Assembly (NCBI GenBank): GCA_000165425.1
Contig: CT868119.1
Span: 1-64,000, forward strand
Direction: 5' to 3'
Origin: Paramecium tetraurelia
Taxonomy: Eukaryota
DNA: 64,000 nt
This document shows, piece after piece, positions 1 through 11,571 of the stretch (position 1 is the first letter of the stretch; each line of letters opens with the position of its first letter). The translations under genes and the position numbers were made by a program. A model generated the notes under the pieces. That model did not search any database, was not told the origin of the DNA, and saw only the letters and a list, made by a program, of their open reading frames with translations.

Positions 1-655
1 GAGGCCTATGCTTGTTTTTGTATGATTAATATTTACTATAACAAAAACTATATTATAGTGATCTCCTAAGTATAATCATTCAAACGAAATAGTATGATTA
101 TCCTTACAAGATCAGAGCTCATTTAGCCGAGCCTCCTCAACAAGAGAAGTAGTGGGTACTCAACTGATAAATGATTCGACATCTTGCCTCAAAAACCTTA
201 TTGGTGAGGCCATGAGCAGTAGCTCTGATTGCATGGCCATTAATTTTACCCTTAAGGCTACTAATTTAAAATAAACCATTTTAGTTGCTCATCCCATCCA
301 TTCTATCAAGAATAAATACTATGATATTGGAGAAGCAACCCTCTCAAACTACCCAATTTATGAAATTATCAGAAATTTATAAACTAATTCCTATCTCTTC
401 TTTATTATAATTATAAGTCAAAAATATTTTCATACATCTGCAAAATAAACTTTTTGATGCCAGATTACATTCTAAATAATAAATTATTCTATATTATTAT
501 ATAAATAAGTATCCTAATATTTAGACTCTTAAAAGATATAAATAGATCTTTATTAAATAAAGGCTAAAATAATTTAATTTATATTTATATAAGTTCTAAG
601 GAACCTGAATTTCAAATCTCTGGAAATAAAAATATCCATACTATAATGTTATCTT

Positions 656-689
656 ATAATGTAATAAATTTGATAATGTAATAAATTTG
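656..689. repeat. Perfect 17-bp tandem duplication (ataatgtaataaatttg x2)
   Basis: Read directly in intergenic AT-rich DNA. Confidence 0.85.
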
Positions 690-1893
690 ATATATCCTTT
701 AAACTCTATAAATTTAATTACTGAAAAATTATAAATTCTATTTTAAAAAATTCTGATCTTGTCATTACTCTCACATAAAAAGACTAATTAGTAAAATAAA
801 AACTATTTCTTTTAGCTAAAAGAAACGAAAAATGTATTCCACTTAATTGTAGATTTACAAGCACTCTTCTAATTGAATTAATAATTCACCTTAATAACTA
901 CAAAAACCTTTTAAATATCTTATCTTATTAAGATTTTCCTAAAATATTTTGGAACAATATTAATCTAAAGGTTTAAAGTTAAAAGTATGAAAAAGAAGGA
1001 TATCATTATATAATTAAAGGATTCATTAATTAAATTACATAAAATATAAGCTTCAATTAATAGACGATCTACATAAAGGGCAAATTTCCTTTTGTTTTAT
1101 CCAATGATCAATGCATTCTTTATGATAATAATGTTCACATTACAACATTACATACTTATCAGTAATTTTCTATAAACAAATAATACATTCTAAATCAATC
1201 TCTGAACAGCTTTTCTCTTGTAACTAAATAGCTACAGTTTCGGTTGGTTAATTTTAATTCTAATTCTAGAATATAGGTCTATTTTATCTTCTAAACTTCG
1301 AAATAAAGAGTAAAACACAAAACTTGAATAAACGTAAAGATGGAAACACAAACAATTAAACCCGTCTAGCAAAGTATAAGGAAACTTCAAAAATAATTAA
1401 AGCAGAATATGAATTAAGTGGTGTTTTTAAATATCTATAAAATTCATAAGGGGCCGATAAAAAGAGAACAATCTCAAAACTAAGTAAAAATGAAGATGAA
1501 TACACTAAATTGGCTATTCTCATGACCAAGAAATCTTTGTGATACAGGATAATGCTATTGTTTAATTCTTTATGATTATAGGATTCGAGATTATTAAATG
1601 GTAAACTCCAAAAGTAGCCAAAATTTTATATCTATTTTTTGTGTTGGTAAATAATATGTAAGTAATAGTGAGTTAAAGCAATCCCCTTATATAATATGGT
1701 CTGCATACTTGAATAAAAACAATCAATGAACTCTTATAAAATTTGTACAACTGAATATCCTTCGGGATGAAGCAAATAGTTACAGCGTAAACGAGAACCT
1801 CAATATACTTGATGGTTAAATCAATTCTATTTTTTCGTATGATTTCCCTCAAATTTTATAGGATAATTTATTACTAATTCATTTAATTAATTA

Positions 1894-3052
1894 ATGATAA
1901 ATTAACTCAATTAATAGTTGGAAAGAGTGGATGATTTGAAGAGTGCAGATATTTGTGCAGAATTTGAATTCGAGACCAAGACTAGGGAAATTTTGGGAAA
2001 AGGGACTTATGGGTAATTATTGAGTTAATATAACATTATAGAAAGGTTTTCAAAATGAAAAGCAAATTTGATAATTAGTATTACGCTGTAAAATGCATCA
2101 AGAAACAAAATGAAAAAGAAGGAGTATGATTTCATTATAATTTAAGTTTCCAATAACTTCTTTGAGAGAAATAAAATTTTTAACTTCCCTAGATCAAGAG
2201 AATGTAATAAAAATAAAGTAGATATATACGAGAGTAAAAAAAAACAAGAATAAATTAAAAACAATAAAAACATATTGTGCTATGGATTTAATGGCAAATG
2301 ACTTTTGGAAAATATTGTTTACTAATGAATAACAAAAGTTTTATTTTTCAACAAATCAAATTCGTAGCATCCTCTATTAATGCTTTAAAGGTCTTTAATA
2401 TATTCATTCCTAAAAGATAATACATAGGGATATAAAAAGTGCAAATATTTTGGTTAATGAGGAAGGAATAGTCAAGATAGCAGATTTTGGATTAGCAAAG
2501 TTTTGCCCCAAAATAGAGGGAGTCAAGAAAACCCCCACGGTTGTCACCTTAGGTTATAGAGCACCTGAAGTCTTATTAACAAGAGGATAATACTCATTTT
2601 AATTAGATGTTTGGAGTATGGGATGCTTTGCGGTCGAATTAAATTTCAATAGACCATTATTTAAAGCCAAAGACGAGGCTTAGTAAATTTAATAGATTTT
2701 TGAAAAATGTGGCACACCCACACCTGAATCTTGGCCAGAGATTATGAAATCAGATTACTTTATAAAATTACACCCTTAAAAATATGATAGGAAGTTTATT
2801 TCCTCAATAAGAAATATGAACATGGCATTTGATGATGAACTACTCGATTTACTTGATAAGATATTTGTTTTGAATCCAAATGTTAGGTTGACTGTTGAAT
2901 AAGTGCTCTAACATCCTTTCTTCACGAATCATGATCTAGAAGAATGCTTTCATCAATTCAAAGAATACATTTTGAAAAAAAATGTCACTTAAGAGAAGGT
3001 AGTAAAGACCATTTATAAACCTATATAAGAAGAAATAAAATTTGTTATATGA
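1894..3052 (+). CDS. Cyclin-dependent kinase, PITSLRE-type (CDK9/11/12-like)
   Basis: Code 6, 2 short introns. Motifs [58 protein letters not shown]. Ends in TGA. Confidence 0.9.
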
Positions 3053-3085
3053 TCATTTTATGTGGTATTATATATCATGATTAAA

Positions 3086-4189
3086 TCAATACTTTCTACT
3101 CCAAGGTTTATCATCAGGTACTTCTGATTTTGGTGCAAATTGATTGGCTTTTGCTTATGGATTCTATTCGAAGTATTTCTTGGCTTCCTCATATATTTGA
3201 TAATCTTCTGAGTATTTCTACATATCTAGGAATACAAAAGATTTATTTACTTTCTGAAAATTGGCTTAAATCTTATTCATATTAATCCTATTGGCTTTTC
3301 AAGTTTTCTGAATCCATGAACATAGGTGGTTGTTACTTCATAAACACTCTCTATTCAATAAATTCTTCATCCTCGTATTCTAATGGGAAATTCAATTCAG
3401 CTATTTTCTACAAGGCTTCTTCTTCATTACCCCTTTATTATTTTATTAATCTTTCATCTGTGTCTATAACAACCTAATTGGATGGGATGGATGATCATAC
3501 TTATCTGAAATTCTTCGATGTCTCTTCCCCATGTACTTAGGCTAATTCTAGTAATTCTTATTTATATTCTCTCAAAATCTATAATTCTTAAGGAGTAATA
3601 TCCCTTAAATATTTAGCTGGGGATCCTGCCCACACTTCTCCTTGTTTGACTTCTGTGCCTTCTGGTACAAGAGAACCTGCTGCAACAATGCCTTAAACTA
3701 CTGCACCTTCTTTAATCGTTGATCCCATTCCAATAAATGCATCATCACCTATTGTACATCCTTGCAAATGGGAATTTGGACCAACTAAAGAGTTATTGCC
3801 AACTGTTATTGTTTTGGTTGCTTTTATGTACACATTATCCTAAATTAACGAATTCTTTCCCACTGTTATTGAATTATTATCTGCTCTTAATGTTGCCCCA
3901 TACCAAATGGATGAGCTATCAAATCAATTTCTTAACCTTACTTTTATTTTAAAATCACATTTCCAACCATTACTGAATTTGGGGCTGTGAATATGGCATC
4001 TCCAATCTATGGTTTATGTCCCTTTGCTTCCACTTATCTCAAACATTACACTAAACGATCATCGCTTGCTTCACTTCCCAACATGTCATTCCCCTGAGTT
4101 AACAAGCTCTTTCCTAATCTCCTGTAGTATGGGCCAACGGTATTAAGAACAAAAGAATCAAATAATTGGAGAATCTTAACTTTGAACAT
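3086..4189 (-). CDS. Gamma carbonic anhydrase-like hexapeptide-repeat protein (probable mitochondrial complex I accessory subunit)
   Basis: SSIWYGATLRAD, IQDN, LQGCTIGDDAFIGMGS, VAAGSLV, GEVWAGSPAKYLR. Short introns. Confidence 0.88.
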
Positions 4190-4999
4190 AATTATTATGT
4201 AATTTTAATCAATTCTAATCAGGGAAGCGAAGAATTAAACTGTCCATTTAAAAAACAATAGAAATAAAGCATTTTTAGCTTGCCTTTTAATCCTAGTTGA
4301 ATATTGACTCAATCACTCCATAGAATTATTTTCTTTCCAAGTAATCGCATTCTTTTTAATTCATCAGTAAAATTGAATTTCCAAACATTTTATTACAAGA
4401 TTATTGGAAACCAAAATTGCTTTATCAATTTTTACATATATATTATTTAAATTGAACCTTACTAAAGATCTATATCTTCTATAAATTATGAGTGTTACTG
4501 CAAAGAATTTCTAGAAAATCTGAAGACAAAATATTTCCATTAAATATAAATATCGAATAAAATGAAGACACTTTAAATAATATCTAGACGAACTTTTTGG
4601 TCATATGATATATTTGAATAAAAATAATTAATTGATTTTAGATAGAATGTAATTTAATAGTTTAAAAATAAAATTATTTAGCTCTTTTAGTTTTGTTTGA
4701 GTTTCTGTATTTAAATAAGTAGTAATTCATCATAAACAGAAATTTATTATGCATGATAAATTTATTAATTAGAATTTTAACTTAAAGCTTTGACATAGGA
4801 AACAAATCAAATCAAAATCTTTATATTAACTAATACATAGGCTAATTTAAAGATTAAAAATTGTTTTCATTTAAGATAAAAAAAGCAAGATAGAGATATA
4901 ACTTTTACAGTGGTTCTTCAGTGTGACTATGTTCAGTCTTCTTCACCCTTGATAAGTATGTTTAATTGGAATTATTTTATAAATAAAATTAAATAATTA

Positions 5000-6128
5000 A
5001 TGCTTCCAAAAATATAAGGATAAACAGTTGGAAGAAAAGAGAATTTGGCTTCTCAATAGATTGTAGAAGATCATCTAAAGAATATACTGAAAAAGCAAGA
5101 AAATTAAGTAAAACATATATTGAATTATATTCAGAATTATAAAGCATGGAAAACCCCATATGCTCCAAAGAATCCTCATTCACCATTTGGAGATTTTCCA
5201 AAAGAATATTTGCCAAAAGAAAAGGCTAATTAATAAAAAGTAATTGAACCTGTTCATGAGACTTCATAAAATGCATTAATAACAAGTAAAGAAGTTGTTG
5301 AGAATGATTAGATAAATATTAAGGAACTCATTAAGGAACAGGAGGAAGAACAAGCTCATAATTATAGAAGAAAGAAGAATATAGGCCTGCACCACCAAAA
5401 GCAGGAGCATATGATTAAAGAACAATATCAGTTTCAGATTTCAGGAGATATTATGATCGAGGGGATTTGCCTATTAAAGTTCTAATTTTGAAAATATCAA
5501 TAGGTTGATCATTAAGGAAGTGTAAATAGAATTATATGGAAAATATCTCCAGAACAATTGGATTATCATCATTATTTGCCAATCTTTTTTGATGGATTAA
5601 GAGTATTTTGATAATTTAAAAATTAGGAAAAAATGGATCCTTACAGATTCTTGGCCATATTAGGAACATATGGATTACTAGAAAATGGAGGTAATAAAAT
5701 ATTGCCAGTCATTCCATAATTGATTATTCCAATCAAAAGTAATTTAAAGTCATACAATAATAGCAAATTTGAATACTAGAGACCCAAGTATAATGGAAGT
5801 TCAATTAAAGGTATTACAAAAATTAGTGTTGAGTGGAGAAATGGTTGGGGAGGCATTAGGTAAATACTTAGAAATACATAATTAGTACCCTACTATAGAC
5901 AACTATTGCCTATTATGAATTTATATAAAAATAGAAATTCGAATTTAGGAGATTTTATTGAGTACAACCAAAGGAAACGAGTCAATGTTGGTGACTTGAT
6001 TTAAGAAACATTAGAATTATTTGAGTAAACAGGAGGAGAAGTAAGACATTTAGTTGATAAATTAATAGGATGCCTATATAAATATTAAATACATGATCCC
6101 AACTTATGAGAGTTGCATTTTAAATTGA
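5000..6128 (+). CDS. PACRG: Parkin co-regulated gene protein (axonemal inner junction)
   Basis: [68 protein letters not shown]. About 7 introns of 24-28 nt. Confidence 0.95.
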
Positions 6129-7018
6129 TTTAGAATAATAATAAATATATATTAATGATTAAACAAATTATTTCAAAATAATACTCGATTTTTATTTAAA
6201 CCACACCAAACATTAAAATTTACATCATAATGTTTATAATTTATTAATAAAACCAGTTATAAATACTCTTATCAATGTGAGTTTTTGCTATCCTAAAATC
6301 ATTTAATTGATAATAATATAAATTATTGATAGCCTCAATATCAATTTAAATTAAATAATACATAGACTTTTACTGATTGTATTTGATTACAATTTTAATG
6401 TATTTTATTAAGAATTAATGTATTATAAATAATTGCAATAAGATTAGCAGATTATTTATCTTCTTCCTCTTTATTTAATATAATCTATTTATCTGGACAA
6501 TTATTTTTATTTATCTCTATTTCATATATCTAATTTATATAATACAAAGATTTAATAAATATTTTCTTAAGATTTTTAAAGTTTTTCAACCTTTTCTTCC
6601 TAAATCTGCGGCGATATCAAAGCTAGAGCACAATAATTAATCTCTTAATTTCAAATTCATTAAATATTTCAAATCCATTCTTTGAGTTTCGTAGTTTAAT
6701 TACTAATTTAAATTGAGGAGAAAATAGAGAATAAATATTAAATAAATTTCATATATAAAAAGATATAAGTAGTCTTAAAGATAATAATTTGATAAATATT
6801 TCTAAGATAGAATAGAGCAGAATGTTAAAAATCACAAATATTAAAAATAATATATAACTATAAATGAATTTAATAGTCATTCGTTGTCCGATTTAATAAT
6901 GAATAAATCATAAAATTATCATTTCTTTAATGAGTTCAATATTCAAAATTTCTTAACAAAAAAATTAGTCATTTAGTTCGTTCATATTAGATTTAGTTTA
7001 TAAAATATTAAATTTTCA

Positions 7019-7507
7019 ATGGGTACAACTTGTTCCACTGAAAAATTTAAGATTTCTCCAACTGCATCTACTTGTGAACTATTAAGTTGTGAGCATCCTC
7101 TCATCTTAGTGGCTCACTAATGCAATTAAAATATTGAGTTAATAGGAGATTTAGAGACCGCACCGATTCCAGTGTAAAATTATTGCAAGAAACTTAAAGA
7201 TTCTAGTTAGGTACTCAAACCGGCATTGGAAAGATTGGAAAATGAGGAACAAAATTTTCTTAAGATCTGGAACTTGATTGTTTCAATATTAAAGAATGTC
7301 TCATCTCTCATAAAAGCTGCCTTGTAGGACCCTTTATTTATTGAATATCTACCGATTATCTCTTATAACCTTTAAGAATAGTAAAAAGATTTAGAGATGC
7401 TAATTAACCAAAAGAGAGGATAATAATAGATCAAAAGAGCATAATCTCATATTATATAGAGTAAAGTTATAAGAATAAGCAAGAGACATTAAACTGATAA
7501 GATTTGA
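7019..7507 (+). CDS. Hypothetical 162-aa protein with N-terminal MGxxCS acylation motif
   Basis: Intronless code-6 ORF MGTTCSTEKFK...TGA. Confidence 0.75.
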
Positions 7508-7537
7508 ATATTTACATAATCAATATATCCTCAATAA

Positions 7538-8061
7538 TCATTTTTATGATTAATTTAGATTTGTTTAATTTTTTTTTGGTTGATAAAATCTCAAAGCACC
7601 TGAATTAATTGAATATCTTAAGAATGTTGGAGGTGGTCCGTCCTATGAAATTTATCCAATATAGGATTAACAATTCATGCATTGGAGAGCTGAATACCTC
7701 TGTATTGTAATAATATTACATATTTTGCTTTAGTTTCAATGGTTTTCACACTATTTTTGTGATGCTAGAAAAATGACGCATAACCTGTTTAAGCTTAATA
7801 TTTGTGATCGCTTTAAAACAATGTATTATTGCAATGAAAACACTCGTAAACCCCTTATTGATCATGCTTGCTTATTTGAGAAAAATGTACATTCCAAAAT
7901 TCTCCTGAAAAAGGTCTTTCCATTCCTTTCGCAACTGCTATCCAATAACGATGAGGATCCATGGACAATCTATCAAGTCTAATTTCCACTTGTTTTTTAG
8001 GTTTGATTAGGTTTCTATTTAAGGCTTCAAGAATTTTAGAGTATTAAAATTTAACTTTCAT
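7538..8061 (-). CDS. MsrB/SelR-domain protein lacking the catalytic Cys
   Basis: GMERPFSGEFW, GVYECFHCNNTLF, QCMNC, DGPPPTFLRYSINSGALRF. Introns of 24 and 20 nt. Confidence 0.88.
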
Positions 8062-8239
8062 TGTTTTTAATTTAACACATATAAAAAATCAAAATTGAAT
8101 TATCAAAACCTTCCAGTTTATGAGCATCAATTAAGAATACTAAAGTACATGAATAGCAGGAAAGGTTAATGACTTGATATATTTAGAATATATTATTTGA
8201 ATTAATATAATAAACTTGAATTTACTTATAATAAAATTA

Positions 8240-9497
8240 ATGTAAAAAAAAAAATACAAGGATTCAAAAAGTTCCAGATATTTATATCAAATTTGGTAAA
8301 CTGAGAATAAAATCCTCTGCAACGGGAAATTATTCACAGGGTATTAACAAAATTAATCGTAGATCTGAAAATCATAAATTAATAGCTAGTGTTAGTTTTA
8401 TAACAATTCCTTCAATACTATTTTATATATTTATGTCTCCTGTAAACGATATCAAAATATTAGGAATTTGCAAAAAGCGGATAGAATGGTTATACAGTAG
8501 TATTTGTGTTGATCTAAATAACTATATATGTTTTTCTATCGATTACAGTTTGCATGGATCCCGGAATCATACCAAAGATAGTAATAATTTTAGAGATAAA
8601 AGAGACCTGAATATGAAATGAATGAGGAACTACTGGAGGTGCCTTAGAAATATTCAAAAGTCGATTACAGATTTATCATGGACTCAAAAATGTTTACAAT
8701 AAAAGCTCACTAATTTAAATTAAAGTATTGTGCAACTTGTACACCATTAATATTAAATTAGGTGCTATCTATCGACCTGCTCGAGCCTCTCATTGTCCTT
8801 CTTGCGATAATTGTGTTGTTAGGTTTGATCATCATTGTCCTTGGATTGGATAATGTATTGGAAGAAGGAACTACATCTATTTTTATTTTTTCATCATGTC
8901 TGTATCCTTTAAGCTGATTTTTGTGTTTGGTGTATGTCTCTCATATATTGTTGATGAATCTAAGAAGAGATCAGCAACTATGGGAACATCAGATGCCATT
9001 TCAGAAGCCCTGGCTCATAATCCTGTAAGCATAATACTTGTTATTTATTCTTTTGGAGTAATACTCAACATTTATTATTATAGTTTTCGTGTTTTGTTGT
9101 GGGTTTGTGGCTGTTTCATACTTATTTAGTGTTCACTAATATGACAACGAATGAGTATTTAAAGAAACATTGGATAGTAGAGAGTAAGAATCCATTTAGA
9201 AGGTTCTTTATAAATTTATAATTAGGCAAAATTTTTTGAAAAACATTGTTAATGTTCTTACTTGTATAACTTAACTGAAATTTTTAGAATTAAAGTAATG
9301 TGTCTATGAGCCTAAAGAATATATGCAGGTAAATATGAATTCTTATATATATAAAGAGTCCAATAAACACATAGAACCATTTAAATGAAGTTAACGACTC
9401 TTCAAAATATAGAGAAGAAGATAAGATTTAAGTTGAATATAGAGGAAAGTAAATGCAATAATAAAAAATTCAAATCATTTCAGAAATACAATCTTGA
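8240..9497 (+). CDS. DHHC zinc-finger palmitoyltransferase
   Basis: [39 protein letters not shown] motif, several TM segments, several short introns. Confidence 0.93.
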
Positions 9498-10350
9498 TTA
9501 ATATTATTAATTCAATCATAACAATTTTATCTCTATAAATACCTCATAATTTTAAATTCTTAATCATTATTCCCTATGATATTACACTTTAGACTTGTAC
9601 AGATTTCTCTTATTTTCTATTTACTACCATTCAACAAATGAAATTAAAAATAATAAGAAACTTACTATATTTTCTATTTCAAGCAAAAATGATATCATTA
9701 TTATTGGTTATCAATAATATCATTTACTTTTCACCAAAAATAATTCAATTTTAAGAATTCTCTAGTTAATTTTAGAAATATCCAACTTATTTTTTTATTT
9801 AGTTGTCAAATCATTCTAGTTTATAAGTTTGACTATGTTTAAAAAAATAACAAAATTTTATAAGTATTTAAATTTACTTATGCTTTATTAAAAGTGACTA
9901 AATTTAAATAATAGATTATTTCTTTTTATTACAACATTATTTTGATTAGTAAGAAAGAATAGTCTACTATTAAAGGTTACTTATGTATGCACTTACCTTT
10001 TTCAACTCTTTTCTTATTATTTTAAGTTGAATTTATTTTTAGATATCAAGGCGTCATAATTAAAGTGAAATACCATTAATTTTAATATAATCTTTCTTGC
10101 CTGTTTAGAAAATATTAACATCAAGTAGATTAGATATATAGACTAAATAATGTTCTGATCCAAATTAAATTAAATGCTGTTTAAGCAGTATTTTAGGAAT
10201 CAAATGAAATATTAACTATCGAATTTCAAGGAACAGTTCTTAACTATTAATAAGAATCATAGGATTTTGATTTCTTTTTAGATTAATTTAATGAATTACT
10301 ATTCATTTTATATTTATTTATAATATAACTGCTTGACAATAAAACAGCTT

Positions 10351-10838
10351 TCATAAAATGTATTTTGTTGTAATCAATTTTACAAAGTCTTCATATCTGA
10401 TTTCCAAATCTTTATCTGGATTTGCTTCTTTAATTAATTAATTTGCTTCTTCCTCTGTCAATCTTTCCCCCATGGATTTGACCATATGTCTTAACTCATT
10501 AGCATTTATTGTTCCTTTATTAGACTTATCCAATATTCTAAATGCATCCATTAATTCCTCTTCTGGATCCACATCTCTATGTTTTCTTGCCATCAAACTC
10601 AGAAACTCAGGAAAGTCAACCATTCCTGTAGAATCTGGATCCACATCGTTTTTCATTTCGCTTATTTCTGCCTCTGTTGGGTTTTAATTCAATGACCGAA
10701 TTAATAATCCCAAGTCATCTACCTTTGAAAATATAACTCAAGTGTATATACTTTAATTTTATTGTCACCATCTTTATCGAAGAGAGAGAAAGCTTCTTTG
10801 TAGTTGGCAATTTAATCTTCTGTTAATTATTGGTCCAT
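10351..10838 (-). CDS. Calmodulin-like four-EF-hand protein (divergent, not canonical CaM)
   Basis: [52 protein letters not shown]. One 29-nt intron. Confidence 0.92.
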
Positions 10839-10854
10839 TAATTTAAATAATATA

Positions 10855-11151
10855 ATGCTAAAATCGTGGGATTCATTTATGACAGCAGCCTTGGATCTAC
10901 TTATGGAATCGCCTTAAGCTAGAGCAAAAGTTAAATACTATAAAATCAAGCAAGTAGCCTTACTCACAGTCACAGATGATAAAAAGCATTGCATCTTCAA
11001 ATCAAGAAACGTGGATGAGATTGAGCAGTTTATAAAATTGACAAGCAAACTAATGTTGAATGTTGATCCAACTGAGGTAAAAGAGGATCCTCAAGAGGCG
11101 AAAACTGATAAAAAATAAGCCAAGAAAAAAGGCAAGGGAAATAAGAAATGA
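10855..11151 (+). CDS. SRP9: Signal recognition particle 9 kDa subunit
   Basis: 98 aa, MLKSWDSFMTAALDLLMESPQARAKVKY...LTVTDD. Matches the SRP9 pattern W..F...A..L....P...R...KY...VTDD and has a basic tail. Confidence 0.8.
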
Positions 11152-11571
11152 GTTTTATACATCTATATTAATTATTTTTAATTTTCTTCATTATTCACAT
11201 ATATCAAGAGAAGCACCATATAAATTATTGCTATTATAATCTTTAATTAGTCCTAATGAAAAAATACGAATTATATGGAAAGCACTTCGATAGGCTGTTA
11301 TCATATTGATAGATTTTATCAATTTAATCATGCTTACTCCTATATAAACCTATTTGCCTTAAATTTGAATAACAATTGATGAATATCAATTATGCTACTA
11401 ATAATAATTTAAAGGCGAATAAATTAATTTATTTTAGTGTTTTAATTTAATTTAGAATATTTATATTAAAATAATTAGTAGGAATTAAAGAATTCCAAAT
11501 TCAGAATTTATCAATTCTAGTAATATAAAGCTTTAGGAATAATTCTGAATGCCATTAATAATTTTAGTTGA

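Noticed and set aside
1..470. Relatively GC-richer segment with minus-strand GHAIRATAHG, faintly like a cathepsin GHAIR motif or a mobile-element relic
   Set aside because: The frames I read on both strands hit TGA and no second supporting motif was found.
7605..7615. Selenoprotein MsrB with a TGA codon
   Set aside because: The codon is TCA, and the 30-bp gap to the convergent gene leaves little room for a SECIS; none was recognised.
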